Below, in pieces: positions 25,798-40,112 of a stretch of DNA of 64,000 nucleotides. The translations under genes were made by a program, and so were the position numbers. Source of the DNA: Octopus vulgaris (lineage: Eukaryota). Position 1 is the stretch's first letter. Each line of letters opens with the position of its first letter. The stretch spans positions 11,594,001-11,658,000 of the forward strand of contig OX597832.1 of assembly GCA_951406725.2 (NCBI GenBank), written 5' to 3'. The notes beneath the pieces were generated by a model. That model saw nothing but the letters and a program-made list of their open reading frames with translations. It did not search any database and was not told the DNA's origin.

Positions 25798-26584
25798 GTA
25801 GTTTAACCTTTTCATTAATAATTTGCTACTACTCTATTTCATGTAGAAGATAAATGACTTTTCAAAACTAACCAAAAAGACTACACCAATATAGGTGTTT
25901 CAAATTGTGATATAATGGTGGAAATTATTTTTGGAGAGGTTTAATATATCACAGAAAATCTTGAATATAAATATATGGTTTTGGAGATTGTGAGAAATAT
26001 ATAATTTAAAACTCGAAATCTATCATAAAATATCTACTGTAGAAACATTAAAAAAGAACATTTTAAGGAAGAACAAACGGCAATTGAAATAAAGAAAACA
26101 AAGGGTTTTTGATTAAAGGGAAAGTAACATATTCAAAAGTATAGCCACTGTATGTTCTGTCCGACGCCTTAACAATTTTCGAGCTTGCCAGCTTTGCAGA
26201 GTACAAGCAGCTGTACTAGTAGTTCATTTTTATGCTTTGTCAAACGGCTAGGAATTTTAGGGAGATTAAGATAGTTGACTATAACGATCCCAACTCTTTA
26301 CTGGGTTTTAGTTTTATCGACACGGGAAGGATAAATTTCGAAATTACCCTCGGTGCGATTTGAACTCAGATCGTAAAATAAACGCAATAACAATACAATC
26401 AGCTCAATGCATTTACCAAAAATAAAAATAATAATAACAATTGCAGCGTGGAAGATGTTTATAATCAATATAAGAATACACAAAAAACAGTTAGATTAAC
26501 GTCAACATTTTATTCGTGTCAAAATATTTCCGTAGCTTTGAAACCGCGACCTGTTCTCTGACAAATCACGATAATGATAAATAC

Positions 26585-26986
26585 TTTTACTATAGGTACA
26601 AGGTCCAAAATTTTGGAGGAGGTTGTTAGTGGGTTACATCGACCCTAGTGCTCAAATGGTACTTATTTTATCGAGCCCCCAAAGAATGAAAGGCAAAGAC
26701 GACTTCGGCGAGATTTGAGATGAGAAGTAAAGCCAGAAGAACTGCAGTTAACCACTTTGTCCGACGTCCTAACGATTCTTTTCGACTCAAGGCCCGAAAT
26801 TTTGGGGGAGAGGGCCAATCGACTAGATCGACCCGAATACGCAACTGCTACTTAATTTATCGATCCCGAAAGGATCAAAAGCAAAGTTGACCTCGGCGAA
26901 ATTTGAACTCAGAACATAAAGACAGACGAAATACAACTAAACATTTCGCCCAGCGTGCTAACGTTTCTGCCAGCTCACTGCCTTAA

Positions 26987-27023
<37 letters not shown>

Positions 27024-27240
27024 CCCTTCTACTAGAGGCACACGGTCAGAAATTTTGTGGGAGGGGGCAGTCGCTTAGGTCGACTCCCGTACACAACTGT
27101 TACTTAATTTATCGATTCCGAAGGGATGAAAGGCAAGGTCGACCTCGGTAGAATTTGAACTCAGGATGTAGCGGGAGATGAAATATCGCTAAGCATTTCG
27201 CCCGGAATGCTAGCGATTCTGCCAGATCGCCGGCTTAACT
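26585..27240 (-). mobile_element. Cluster of three head-to-tail SINE family B copies, partly separated by (AAT)n
   Basis: tacttaatttatcga...gaaaggcaaagtcgacctcggc.gaatttgaactcag-type blocks at about 26660, 26850 and 27100. Confidence 0.88.
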
Positions 27241-27600
27241 ATAATAATAATAAGAAGAAGAAGAAGGAGAAGAGTAATAATAATAATATTAATAATAATA
27301 ACTATTATTTCTATCCTTGTTATTATTATTAATATCATTATTATTATTATTATTATTATTTAACTATAATCATATTGATAATCTAAATAAATATACGTAA
27401 TATTCGATAATATAACACAGCTGCATTGAAGAAAATTTGACATACGATGTTTTCTGGCAAGCTCTATTATTGAATACGAGTAAATTTTCTCAAAATATTA
27501 AAATTTTAGCACGTAAATTTTTGCTATCTTTATCAGATATTTAAATTTTTTTTAATTGATATCAAACTTGAAATTTCCCTCAGCAATACATTAAAACCTG

Positions 27601-27632
<32 letters not shown>

Positions 27633-28904
27633 GTTATTATTATGCTTATTTATTGCTTTCTAATATGAAGAGATGAAGAAATTAATTCATGAACTCATTC
27701 CAATCGATGACAAAATCATAAAAAAAATATAAGACCACTTTAATTGATGACGTAAACTTTCAATTTTTTTTTTGTTAGTGTCTTTTTTTTTTCGTGTTCA
27801 TGTAAACGGGCGTTTTACTAGAGGTAGTGGTTCATTAATCACAATGCCCGGTATTACCCACCGCGATCCATGATTAATCCTAACACGCCATTTCATGTTA
27901 GAAAAATAAATCGAAACCAGTTGCTAAATGATTTATGAGATATTGCATATAACAAAAATCACTATAATAAATAATTTGCATTTTTACTGCAATGTTAGTT
28001 TATTTTTCTTGAATTTCTGATACTTTTCGCTTCGTATTTTGTTGTTAAAATATTTTTCCTTTTATAAAAGAGGAAGGAGAATTCAGATAGAGTTTGTGTA
28101 AAGTTTAATTAGTACGAATAACAATCAAATAACAATAAAATAATATCAAATAACTTTATGAGTTCTTTAACGAATATGGGAGTTGGACCGTTTAACTATA
28201 GTTATCGATAGCAGAGCCTCTTTAATAATATTCTATGATCATGATTATTCTAGATGAGAGAAGGCAGATGATTTATTCATAGCATTTAATTTAACTTTTT
28301 GGTCATTTTCTTTTATGATATTTGAAAATAAATTAGGTGGCATGGAATGAATTATTTCGTTTTCTAAGCTGTAGTTTTCCATGCTAAAACCGTTTTCAGT
28401 TAATGCCATTTTTATCTGAAATATTTTTTCTATCATATTCACGAATATATATCATTTGAAACCTTGTTAGATTCTTTAATATTACACGATATACATAATT
28501 AATCAACCATGGAAACCCACCCCCAAACTTTTATTCCGTTATTCCTTCAAACACGTTTTTTAAAAATTTTCATTGTTATTTCTTGTTCATTGACAATGAA
28601 ATTATTGCACTCTGTATTGCACATATTGGCATCACTTTCTACTCTTAATATTTCTTCCACGCGCATTTAAGCATAGAACAACCGTTTATTCAACAAAATA
28701 ATTTCCGATTTAAAAAATACTCCATATCCAAGAGAATTCGAGAGAGGAAGAGGGGGAGAGAAAGGAAGAGAGAGAGAGATGGAAGAGAGGGGTGGAAGAG
28801 CGGGATGGAAGAGATGGAGAGAGGAGGAGAAGGAGAGGGAGATTAGTTGGCTTACTTTGGCTTTTCTATGAAGGTTAGTTCACCTCATCCGTGAGGATCA
28901 TGGG

Positions 28905-29115
28905 ACCAATGTCCCGATTTCTCTGGCGTGTATATATCTCTTTCGATGTGACGCAGATCCGTGTCAGAATTATTCTTTTTCGCTAGCTTAGTGAACTGGA
29001 GCAACGAAAAATTAAATGCTTTGCTCAAGAACACAACGCATCGCCCTGTCCAGGAATCGAAACCACGACCTTTCGATCATGAGACCAACACCCTAACCAC
29101 TAAGCCATGTGTCTC
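28905..29115 (-). mobile_element. SINE family D (tRNA-derived head)
   Basis: Reverse complement tggcttagtggttagggtgttggtctcatgatcgaaaggtcgtggtttcgattcc then gttgtgttcttgagcaaagca. Related copy at 41330-41630. Confidence 0.8.
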
Positions 29116-29479
29116 TACTACTTATTAGAAGAAACGAGTGAATTCATGCGAGATTTGCTTTTAACACTTTCATGGGTAACTAGATATTGCTACACAAAGC
29201 AATAACGAAGTCCATTTCGACCAGAAAATATGCATAATACAAAATAAATACCTTCATATCTCCCCGAAATTCTCAACTGACTGTACAAGTAAATTATACA
29301 TCCTGATAGTAAATTGAAACTTAGTTTTCTGAAAATAGATACTATGAAATATAATCGTAGTATATTCGATTACAATCGCAGTAGCTTAATATTTAATATT
29401 CGATTGAAGAGATTATTATCTTCTACTATGATTTCTATGCATTTAAAGGCACATGTTTATTTATATTTAAACATATTGT

Positions 29480-29532
<53 letters not shown>

Positions 29533-29535
<3 letters not shown>

Positions 29536-29696
29536 CTCTCCTTGTTTTTTTCAGTGTATCTTTCTGTCGAAGAGCGTAGGCTCGAAACGTAAAAGACTTT
29601 TTCTATTTCAATTCCTGAGCGCTATACTAATACATTTGTTTGTTTGTACGCCCCCTGCCTTCGTCTTTTGTTTATTTTCGTCAACTTTCCCGTTAT
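29533..29696 (+). mobile_element. Solo PLE terminal repeat, family P1, in (TA)n
   Basis: Homologous to 57447-57597, the 3' end of the GIY-YIG-bearing element; TA tracts on both sides. Confidence 0.8.
29559..29596 (+). ncRNA. Minimal type I hammerhead ribozyme motif (variant core CUGUCGA)
   Basis: tcttt-CTGTCGA-a-gagc(gtag)gctc-GAAA-c-GTA-aaaga: 5-bp stem I, 4-bp stem II, palindromic ACGU in place of stem III. A6 is U. Confidence 0.65.
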
Positions 29697-29734
29697 ATAT
29701 ATATATTTGTATTTAAAACGTATATAAAACGACA

Positions 29735-29885
29735 TTCTTTCAGTTTCCGTCAACCACTCTCACAAAGATCTGGTCGGCATTTGTCTATAGTAGAAGTCAG
29801 TTTCTGAAAGTGCCGTGCAGTGTGATTGAACCGAAAACCACATTCGTGGGAAGCAGGTTTCTTACGCGCACAGCCACGCCTACGC
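29735..29885 (-). mobile_element. SINE family A, diverged 5' half
   Basis: ttctttcagtttccgtc...cacaaagatctggtcggc...ctatagtagaag...cacagccacgcctacgc. Confidence 0.75.
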
Positions 29886-30411
29886 TCATTCTAAAAAATA
29901 CGAAATTAAAAAATGCAATGTAATACCTAATATGCATTTATACGATCAATATTATAAACATGCGTAAGGTACCCGTATGTATGTGTTTGTGTATATTACA
30001 TGCATACACACACATATACATAATCTGACCAAATTATTTAGAAATATGAAGATGTTTTATAGAGATCTCTATTTATGAATATTTCAGTAGCAAATTAATA
30101 AACATAGGTGTAATATTTAATTCATTTCCATGTTACAAGTTTGAAAACTGGAAGTGTATGAATTAGAACATTTATTCAGATTATCTTAAATGTAATTAAC
30201 ACGTCAGTATTATTTCTTCTATCAAAAAAAAAACTGAGCAATAAAACATTAAAAGGAGAAGAAAGGACATTACCTTGATACATTCATTACTCTGTCAATA
30301 ACACAAAGCAGATAGAAGGTTAAATTTACAAATACGAAGTATTTTCTATAGAGTAAACCGTGCAAACTTAATCATCTATTTTTATACAAACCTCCCCAGC
30401 AATACCAATAG

Positions 30412-30458
<47 letters not shown>

Positions 30459-30494
30459 CACACAATATATACATACATATACGTATACACATAC

Positions 30495-30525
<31 letters not shown>

Positions 30526-31396
30526 GAGGGAGTTCTCGATACAAATTGTTTACAAATCTTCTGGTATTGTAGCAATTTTTAAATCGATGGAATAGATAAA
30601 TCAATTTGCGTAATTATTTTACCTGTCTTTCTCAGAAGTAAGAATTGTCACTAATCTTATTTTGTGTTCTATTATAAAATAAAAGATAAACAACTAAATT
30701 ATTTCCAATCTTTGACGCAAATTGGAATTCGTTTGGGTTATATACACACACACGCACACACATACAAACATATATATATATATAAGCATGTATATGTGTG
30801 TATATATGGATGTATTAGTATATATATATATATATACATAGCTATTTATATATACATACACATGCATATATAAATATATACTCCCTCTCTCACACGCACA
30901 CATACATATGCGTCTGTATGTGTATATGTATATATTTAGATGTGTATGTTCACATAATTATATGTAAGGTAAGCTTGTATATAACATTGACACATAGAAC
31001 GCGAAGTGGTATTGATTTTCCCTTAAAGATATAATTAAAGCGAGTATAACTTTCCTGTGAAACAGATCGGTTAGGAATAGAATAGAAATTAAATAGCTTT
31101 GCAAATTGCAACAACGATGATAATAATATTATCTTCCCTCGTTTTAATATTGGTCTTATTATTACTACTATTCACATGACTATAACTTGTGATGATGATG
31201 TACTTGGTGATAGAATAAACAATAATCATAATATTGTTAAAAACAAGAAACTTTATGGGCAGCAAAAATATTAATGATGACAATGTGTAAAACGTTTACA
31301 AAATAATAATATTCACAATCGTTGTTTAGGTGATTTAGGTGGCAAAGGTTTTGATGTTGATGATGATGATGATAATGATTGTGATGATGGTGACAA

Positions 31397-31805
31397 TACT
31401 CTGTTACTCTTTTACTTGTTTCAGTCATTCGACTGTGGCCATGTTGGAGCACTGCCTTTTAGTCGAGCGAATCGACCCCAGGACTTATTCTTTGTAAGCC
31501 TAGTACTTTATTCTATCGGTCTCATTTGCCGAACCGCTAATTTACGGGGACGTAAACGTACCAACATCGGTTGTCAAGCGATGTGGGGGGGGGCAGACAC
31601 AGACACATAAATATACACACACACACATATATATACATATATAAGACGGGCTTCTTTCAGTCCGTCTACAAAATCCACTCACAAGGCTTTGGTCGGCCCG
31701 ATGCGATAGTAGAAGACACTTGCCCAAGGTGCCACGCAGTGGGACAGAACCCGGAATCACGTGGTTCGTAAGCAAGCTACTTACCACACAGCCTCTCTTA
31801 CGCCT
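31397..31805 (-). mobile_element. SINE family A, full length
   Basis: Matches the 5594-5984 and 16126-16500 copies end to end, including the internal microsatellite. Confidence 0.9.
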
Positions 31806-34361
31806 ATAATAAATAACAGTAGTGATATAAACATAAAATAATGATGACAGTAAGGATAACGGCTATGAGAACATCGATGATGATAATAATGGTAACAAAT
31901 TTTGACACAACGCCAGCAATTTCAAATGTGTGCGTAGATCGCAGTAATCACCTCGGCGGACATGTCACCTCGGGGGTCATGTCACCAAAAAGTAAAGAAA
32001 GAAAGAAAAAACGATGGGGACAGCTCACCACCTTAATAATAATAATAATAATATTCATTGAATACAAAACAGAAGGTACTGTAGATTTATTGCATATATT
32101 TAAATGAAAGTATGAGTCAGAACAGAGACAAAAAGAATACAAACAACAATACTCTTCCAACTGTCTCAAAATTTGTGGTTGAAAAGAAAGGAGTCGTCAA
32201 GAACCAGCTCAATGGAAACATAAAAGGCAGCGCCTCATTGCTCGACGAAAATATCTATAACACGGTTTGGATTAAAATGAAATTGGGCTCCTCGTCAAAA
32301 TACGGAGGATTCTATATAACCTCGTAATAAATGTTGGAGGCAGTTCTTATGTTTTGTGCGTGTCAGAACCTGCAATTTACCGACAGCAGCAGAGCAATCG
32401 GAAAGGTGTACCTGGTTTTTTTGATCAGAAGAGATATGTAATGCTGGAATTTAATGTCCGTTTGAGATGCAAAATTCAGGCCCACTGATCACTGTTGTTT
32501 CTTTGCTTTTCGTTACCTTTCCTCAAGGCACTGATGTGATGTGGGTGCAGGTGTGACACGCAATAAAATGTAATCGGGTTTGCTCTGCAAAAACCTCCAC
32601 GTCTTGGTAACCTCTAAATATCTAACGTAATATTTCAGAGCTGTTTTCTATTGAGAGAATAAGGAAAAATATATAATTTAGATTTATTTTGCATAACAGT
32701 AATTTTTGCTACGTATTTTTATTCGTTTTCACACAAAATCTTTAAACTTTAATAGTATATTGTGTTAGGTTTCTTACCCATTCCTCGTTTATTATGCATA
32801 TATGTACAACTTTGCGCATTTTGTAATCCTTGAATGTATCAAACGTTTACATACATACAAAACACACGCACACATACAAAACACACACACACATATATAT
32901 TGTTTTGTGTGGCCAATAAAAGAATGATTGTTATTATTATGATTATTAGGAAAATAATAACGGCTGAAGAACATTTTTCTGCATTCATGGAAGAACAATA
33001 AATATTTCAGATATGGTTTAAATTAAATTACACATACACACAAATAAAATGACACGCGTACACACTTGCTTAAACACTTACATGAAGCATATATTTAAAC
33101 TAAATTAAGGCAAATGAAATAAAACATGAAACATTACAATAATCATAAAATGGTATAAAATATTTTAGTTATTATTTACCTCAAAACATACATTAAGTTA
33201 TTTATTGAAATGTTGGCAATAAAAATGTATGTTAATATAAAATTCTTTGGAATATGTAAATGAATTTTGTAGAATAGTAAATACACAAAAATTTTAATAT
33301 CGATTATAATATTAAGGTATAAACGTTTTTATGAACATATATAGATGAAATATCGCCCCAGTTTTCCTGAACAGGTTTCTCATTGTTGTTGTTGTGATTG
33401 TTGGTGTCATTTTTAGTACACATATCAACCCTGATCAAGAAGGCAGATTTCAAATAAAAGGCATTATTGTAATGGTAACACTTCTTATTTTATAGACATG
33501 ATATGTCAAGGGTTGGAATACAAAAATAACATATAGTTATTGGGTGTGATATGAGTATAAATTGATTGTTTCATCTAGGAAAACAAGGCCACTGATGGTG
33601 GTTAACCTTCACTGCATCCGTTTTACAGAACTTTGTATTTATTTTTAATGCTTTAATGCCAGTGTTTATACTACAACAAGCGTTGAACAAAATCATAAGC
33701 ACTTCGAATACCACAGGTTTGTCTTACCTTCTTGCTATTAATTTATTATATATTTACCCTCCCTTCTATAAAATTCTCGGCTTCACTGTAAATTTCTTTG
33801 CCTGATATTGCTGAATACAAATCGAATTTCATGTATGTTGGCAGTAATATGCATTTTCTCTCGAATCAGTAGGTTAAGCCCTAAATTAAATAGCTAATCA
33901 CAAATGCCAGCTACCTTTAAAATTTGACACTTACAAAAGCGCTTCAAAACTAATAACGTAGCATTGATATATTCAACTGACTTGACAGAAACACAGCGAA
34001 ACTTACCTTAAATTAAAATCAATTCTTTTATAATGCATGTACATAATGGACTGTGCAGTGGTATAGCGTATGGTCGGGCTGTTTATGACTCCATCTAACA
34101 TACAAACATAAAAACAGGAAAAAAGAACATTTAAACATAATAACAAAGCCTGCAAAATTCATAAAATAGTAGACGATGGTAATCATAGATAAGGTCACAG
34201 ACAGTGATAAATATCATGAATGAGTTAACTTTGCGGCTGGAATTGGTAGAAAAAAAAAGAACTAGAATAAAAGTTGCTGTCACAGCCTCATTAACAAGTT
34301 TTGTACGTCATTTCGTGAACAAATGTAGAACAAGAAAAAATGTGTAGCAAACTGGATGTAC

Positions 34362-34392
<31 letters not shown>

Positions 34393-37338
34393 CAAACAAA
34401 CTTACATGCATGCATACAAACACACATATACATAGACATATATACATATGTATATGTACATATATGTGTGCATTATATTTAGGAATGTATGCATGTTATG
34501 TATGTAATTTCGTCATTGAGTAAGATCTGATTATCGTAAGATAATCAGTTAAACGGGCCGTCAAGGAAATGGATGTTCTCCTGCGCAATAAGACAACAAG
34601 CAAGCAATTTTAGATTCCTGTCTACTCACAGTGTATTTTTGTAGCACACACACAACACACAAAACACACACACACACATCACCCACCCATACAAATACAC
34701 GGATGCACACGTATGTATGTATGTATGTTTGTATATATGCATGTTTGTATTTACAGATGATTAGTTATATAAATAGATAGATAGATAGATAACTATACAT
34801 ACATGCACATATAATCATAGACACACTCATATGAATACACACGCACACACATATATACATAAAGAGAGAGTGAGAGAAAGAGATGTTTTCAAACACGCAC
34901 ACAATTTGTAACGAGGATTTCTAGAAAATATTTGGTCGTTTCTTTCCTCTAAGAAAATATATGTTGTCCTCCATGTTGGTTATATTAGAAACACAGATAA
35001 CATCCTCATGACTCGTATAACACTGCAGCATTAATTTATCTAGGACATTGATGAATGGCTTTCTACACGGTGGAAATTGCAACGAAACCATTCCCGGCAA
35101 ACTATAAATTGCCTTCGTTTTTGACTCAGTGTTTATAAACACACTTGCACATATATGTTATATATATATATATGTTTATATGTATACATATGTACATGTG
35201 TGTGCTTGCGTGTGTGTGTGTGCCAAAGAAAGAAAACTGTTTAGAAATGTTACTATCGCAGTAGGTGGGACATATACCAACTCCATGTGTTTCGCTTAAT
35301 ATGAATCGTTTATGTGAAGTGTTTTGTCATTACCGAAAGTAATTTTTAATGTTGGTAATGTTAACACATGCGAAACGAATTGTCTAACTCTATTTATTGC
35401 CCGTACCACTCTAATAACAATTTCGTTTTTCAATATTCCAAATCAATAAATACAGTTAAATAGTGGTGATTGAAATATTCTATTATATTGCATCTCTTAA
35501 ATATATGAACATATGATTTTGTGAGGTATGACTATGTTATGTATAAAACCAAAAGACTTCGTACGCTAGAGAATTACTGGTGGGAAAAAAATTATTAGGT
35601 CTCAATAAGACGTTCTTTTCTTTTGCGATGTTTGCTAAATGAACTTTAAAGGCGTCAGTATAGATGCCTTTAGGTATCATTTGGACAGATCCTATAGCAT
35701 AACCTTCTCCGATCTACACCAGTATTCAATATGCTGCTATGAATACAATGTAATATGGGACTAATATGTTTGTTAACTTGAGGTAGATATCAAAATATTT
35801 GTAAGAGTACGACATCATTTACGTTCTATTTTAGTCATCCCAGTGAATTCCCAATAACGTACAAACCCAAAAGGAATCCTTTACATGGTTCATTATCCTA
35901 TTTTTAAAAAATCTTCAAAAACCGTGTTTTTCTGTCACAGGTAATGTAACGAAACGAGAAAAAAATATGTAAAATGCGGTGATCATCGCGGGAAATTCTT
36001 TGAAGACTCCTTAATTAGGTCAAGATATATTTCCCAACCACAATACCAACATCCAAAGCTAAAAATATCAATTTTCAATAACTCATTTCGCCGAGAAGGA
36101 AGCGAATGATTAAGTGGGAATAATTATAAGAGAGACCCACCTGAATTCCATGTTGTTTTCAATTATGTCTATTTAAGCTCTGCGTACAAGTCTCCCCAGA
36201 CTTTAATTTGCGATTCTTCCTTCTGTGACTCATAACATAAGTAGTATAACCACCGTATTTGCTTAAATTAAGCCAACCATTCATATCTTTTCTCTTCATA
36301 TTTCTGACTTCGTGCCAGACATCTATTATTGTATTAGTCTTCGTGCAAACATTATATTAGCCTACTTTTTACGGTGTTCGTGCACTGGAAATTTCTCTTT
36401 TAAAAATCTTACCTATGAAACAGAATTAAAGGTATAATTGAAATATTTAAGAAAATAAAACAAAGTTAAGATTTATGTTTTAAACATCCATGCCTATGGA
36501 ACGGTACCGAACACGTAATCATAACGACAGAATATTGAACAGATGTATTATTTATGCAGCAACGGAAATTATGAAAACAGAAATTATTGTAAAACGTGGA
36601 ATTCACACGCGTAATGAAAGTAGGTATTAACATTTTATAGGGTCAAGGTTCAATAACAAAACAAACAACCGTGTATTTTAAACAATTAGAAAAATACATT
36701 AACATTAATTTACTTCTAAGATTGGTAAAACAACTCGAACACGCAGAGGTTTCATATGAAATTCTTTGATTGGCTCAACTAATTTCACTTGTGAGACATA
36801 TACTTATTAGAATGATGTTTCCATTCAAAAGAATAGATTAGTTAAATGAAATTAAGCTAATCAGTCAAATAAAAGTACGGTTATGCCAGCTATTGTTTTT
36901 AAGTAAGAGAAAAATATCAATAAGGCCATAGCGAAAAATATAGTTTTAAATCAACGACTGCGACAAATGACAAAATATTTACCGAGTGGAATACTTTATT
37001 TTACTGAGAAATTGAAGATCAACGAAACGTTTAAAGAATGCCCTACTTGAAACGTTAGGTTTCACTGCTTTGTCGATGCAAAATTCTAATGTCTGTTTAA
37101 GCCTACCTGAATATGTGTTTTTATGGGTTCATATTTATAGGGTTTCTGTCGAATAAATTGTTGCACTTTCTTGAACCGGAAGAGTTCCAGACAATTCTAT
37201 ACAATTTCATTTTCCTATACATTGATTCATATATCGATACTTGCATATATTGATGTGTGTATGTAAAATATCATTTAAATCTTTTATATACACCTACACA
37301 CACAGAAACAGACAAACACACACACATACATACATGTA

Positions 37339-37505
37339 TACGACGGGCTTCTTTCAGTTTCCGTCTACTAAATCCACTCACAAGGCTTTGTTCAGCCCGA
37401 GGCTATAGTAGAAGACACTTGCCCAATGTGCCACGCAGTGGGACTGAACCCGGAACCATGTGCTTGGTAAGCAAGCTACTTACCACACAGTCACTCCTAC
37501 CCCTA
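37339..37505 (-). mobile_element. SINE family A, 5' half
   Basis: gacgggcttctttcagtttccgtctac...gctacttaccacacagtcactcctac. Confidence 0.88.
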
Positions 37506-37599
37506 TACATATATATATATATATTTATATATAATTGAAATTATATTTTGCTGCTAGCTTTAGCTTGACAATGGTTGTGAAGAAGCGTCCTTATTGGCG

Positions 37600-37745
37600 T
37601 GTTCATTCTCAAGTTGTTGCCTTGCGTATCTTTTACTGAAGACTTTCCAGTTGTGATCATCACGTCTTTTGTATGGGTACCTAGAAATGCTATTTCCAAT
37701 CTTTGCCTCCTTATTCTGTGAGTATATGATCTGAAATGATACAGT
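37600..37745 (-). mobile_element. Decayed RTE-clade LINE C-terminal fragment
   Basis: Remnants RIRRQRLE..FLG.H and MITTGK...KR.ARQQ resemble IRRRQL.FLGH...TGKIEGKR.RGRQR. Confidence 0.4.
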
Positions 37746-38377
37746 CTGATGTTTCTAACACGTCACTCAACGGACTAGTCGCTTACTTTAAATCAGTTCT
37801 GTGCGTGTTTATATATGCAACCGTATAGGGAGAGCGGTGGATATTAGCTTGTTTAGGATGTATGTGCAATGAATACGTAAACATAAAGATTATTTACACC
37901 TCTACCTCTATCCGTTACTCTTTTCTTCCTTACACGACTAGAAATAAATATATAAGGTGAGAATGAACTGCAAATCACAGTTCAAAAAGAAACCACTCAG
38001 AATCATTGATCAAACTTTTAATCTCCGGTTACTTCGACTGATTGCCACATGAAAGATCTTTTCAAATATTACTCCGTAAACTGCGGTGAAAAGAAACGTT
38101 AATGACGATAAATAGTGTACAGCAGTCTGGTGCAAAAACAACTAGAACGTTCATTACGTACAGACTTTGCAGCGCACAAATACATACCTGGTGATACACA
38201 GAGAAAAAACACGCAGAGAAGAGCAAAAAAAATAAAATGTAAAGAAACAATAACAACAAAATCTTTGCAGACACATTCACATGCCAACATATTCTTACTT
38301 GACTTGCATACACAACTTACACTAACACATACATAATACACTGACGAATCTACTTACACATGAGCCAATGCGTATCA

Positions 38378-38411
<34 letters not shown>

Positions 38412-38519
38412 GCATACGTACATACATTTATGCATACAACCATTTATATATTACACCTATATATATGAATACACTTTTTATCGATTTACATATATATATA
38501 TATATATATATATATTCAT

Positions 38520-38737
38520 TCAATATGTGACCGCGTGTGTATAGTTGGCGATTTTTTCCTCCGTCTTCCCTTCCTTGGATCTTTCCTTTTTCAATGTTTC
38601 TGACGAAGAGCTCCGCTCGAAACATTAAATCCTTAAATCCTTCCGTCTTTCCTTTCCTGAGCGTCCAATAACACTATACTTGTTCCACATCCTCACGTTG
38701 TTGTGTTTTCTCTTTGTGTTTTCATGTTTGGATTAAC

Positions 38738-38740
<3 letters not shown>
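38520..38740 (+). mobile_element. (TA)n-embedded hammerhead-bearing cassette, family P2, copy 1
   Basis: Homologous to the reverse complement of 50220-50432; TA tracts on both sides. Confidence 0.85.
38596..38630 (+). ncRNA. Minimal type I hammerhead ribozyme motif (canonical core)
   Basis: gttt-CTGACGA-a-gagc(tcc)gctc-GAAA-c-ATT-aaat: canonical CUGANGA/GAAA core, 4-bp stem II, weak 4-bp stem I. G16.2 is A in this copy. Confidence 0.65.
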
Positions 38741-38784
<44 letters not shown>

Positions 38785-39629
38785 TCATATGAACTATCGT
38801 TTATACTTCAGCTACTCCGAGTTTCAAGTCGTAATGGTAATAGATAATTAGATATTTAAAATATATTGTTTATTGAACTGAATTGCATGTATTTATATGT
38901 AAAGTTCATTATGCAAAAAACTCACACAATCACACACATCTTTATTGTACCGACATATACATAACCAAAAACTGCATTCCAAAGTTTCTTCGTAAAATAT
39001 ATGTAACAGCATATCCTTTAGAAACAGTTTTTCCAACTCTCTACGTATTAATAACCATGTTTGTTACTTTCTTTGTAAAAGATATGTTGTAGTATATTCT
39101 GGATGCAGGTGTTAAGACTAGATATCAAGTGCATCTAAAAATATTTTATTACTGATGCGGAGTTTTTTGCTTTGGTGTCACGTGGCGGACAATGATCATA
39201 ATTCACAAGATAGGGAGAAGAATAGTAGAAGAGGAACAGATTGAGAAATGGGTAAAGAAAGTATAAGGATTAAAAATAATGAAGAATGATGAGAGCCTTT
39301 CACTCAGGAGAAAAATTTAGCAATTAATGCAAGAAATCGAGCCAGAAGGTCTCATACGATAAATGATGAAGCTGATGTAAATAGGGAAAGAATGAGAATT
39401 GCTAATAAAAAACAGAAGGCAAAAATATAAACGAGCAAGAAAGAGAATGAAAGCTAGAAGAGAATACCTGACCGAAGAGAATAGACAAGATTTCCAAGAA
39501 ACTAATGAAAGGATCGTGAAAGATATAACAGGAAGTTATTAGCAATGGAGGAGATGTTTATGATTGACACTGTACCATAAAATAGGCTGACACATTCCCA
39601 CGAGTACGACAAGTATATGTTATAATGAT

Positions 39630-39840
39630 TCCAAACTTTGGCACAGGGCCAAAAATTTTAAGGGAGGCGTAAGACTATTACATCAATCCCAGTGTTCAAC
39701 TGGTAATTATTTTATTGACCCGGAGTGGTTGAGAGGCAAAGTCAACTCCGGTAGAATATTAATTTAGAATGCAAAGACGGACGAAATGTCACTAAGCATT
39801 TTGCCTGGTGTGCTAACGATTCTGCTAGCTAACCGCCTTA
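39630..39840 (-). mobile_element. SINE family B
   Basis: caaactttggcacagggcc...ctggtaattattttattgacccgg...gtgctaacgattctgctagctaaccgcc. Confidence 0.8.
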
Positions 39841-39845
39841 ATATA

Positions 39846-40112
39846 ACGATAAACGCCGCCCTTTTCGAGCCTAGCCAGGTTTCCCGGTTTCTGTGGCGTA
39901 TGTGTTCCCCCCAGCCGGACAGGAATAGAGAGTGAGAGAAAGTTGTGGCGAAACAGTACAACAGGGGTCACCAACACCCCCTGCCGGAGCCTCCTGGAGC
40001 TTTTAGGTGTTTTCGCCCAATAAACACACACAACGCCCGGTCTGGGAATTGATATCGCGATCCTCCGACCGCGAGTCTGCTGCCCTAACCACTGGGTCAT
40101 TGCGCCTCCACC
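39846..40112 (-). mobile_element. SINE family C with probable target-site duplication
   Basis: Head tggaggcgcaatgacccagtggttagggcagcagactcgcggtcgg on the minus strand; flanked by accgccttaatata (39832-39845) and atcgtcttaatata (40113-40126). Confidence 0.85.

Noticed and set aside
26515-26565. Minus-strand gtca...ggtcgc...gctacg-gaaa...tgac hammerhead-like layout
   Set aside because: Both the core and stem II need several assumed substitutions.
27800-27900. Unique segment with TAAT/TAATCC motifs, a possible enhancer
   Set aside because: Such short motifs are expected by chance in AT-rich DNA, and no conservation data are available.
28245-28442. ORF with vague resemblance to the region preceding a Helitron helicase
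   Set aside because: No Walker A or other diagnostic motif is recoverable downstream.
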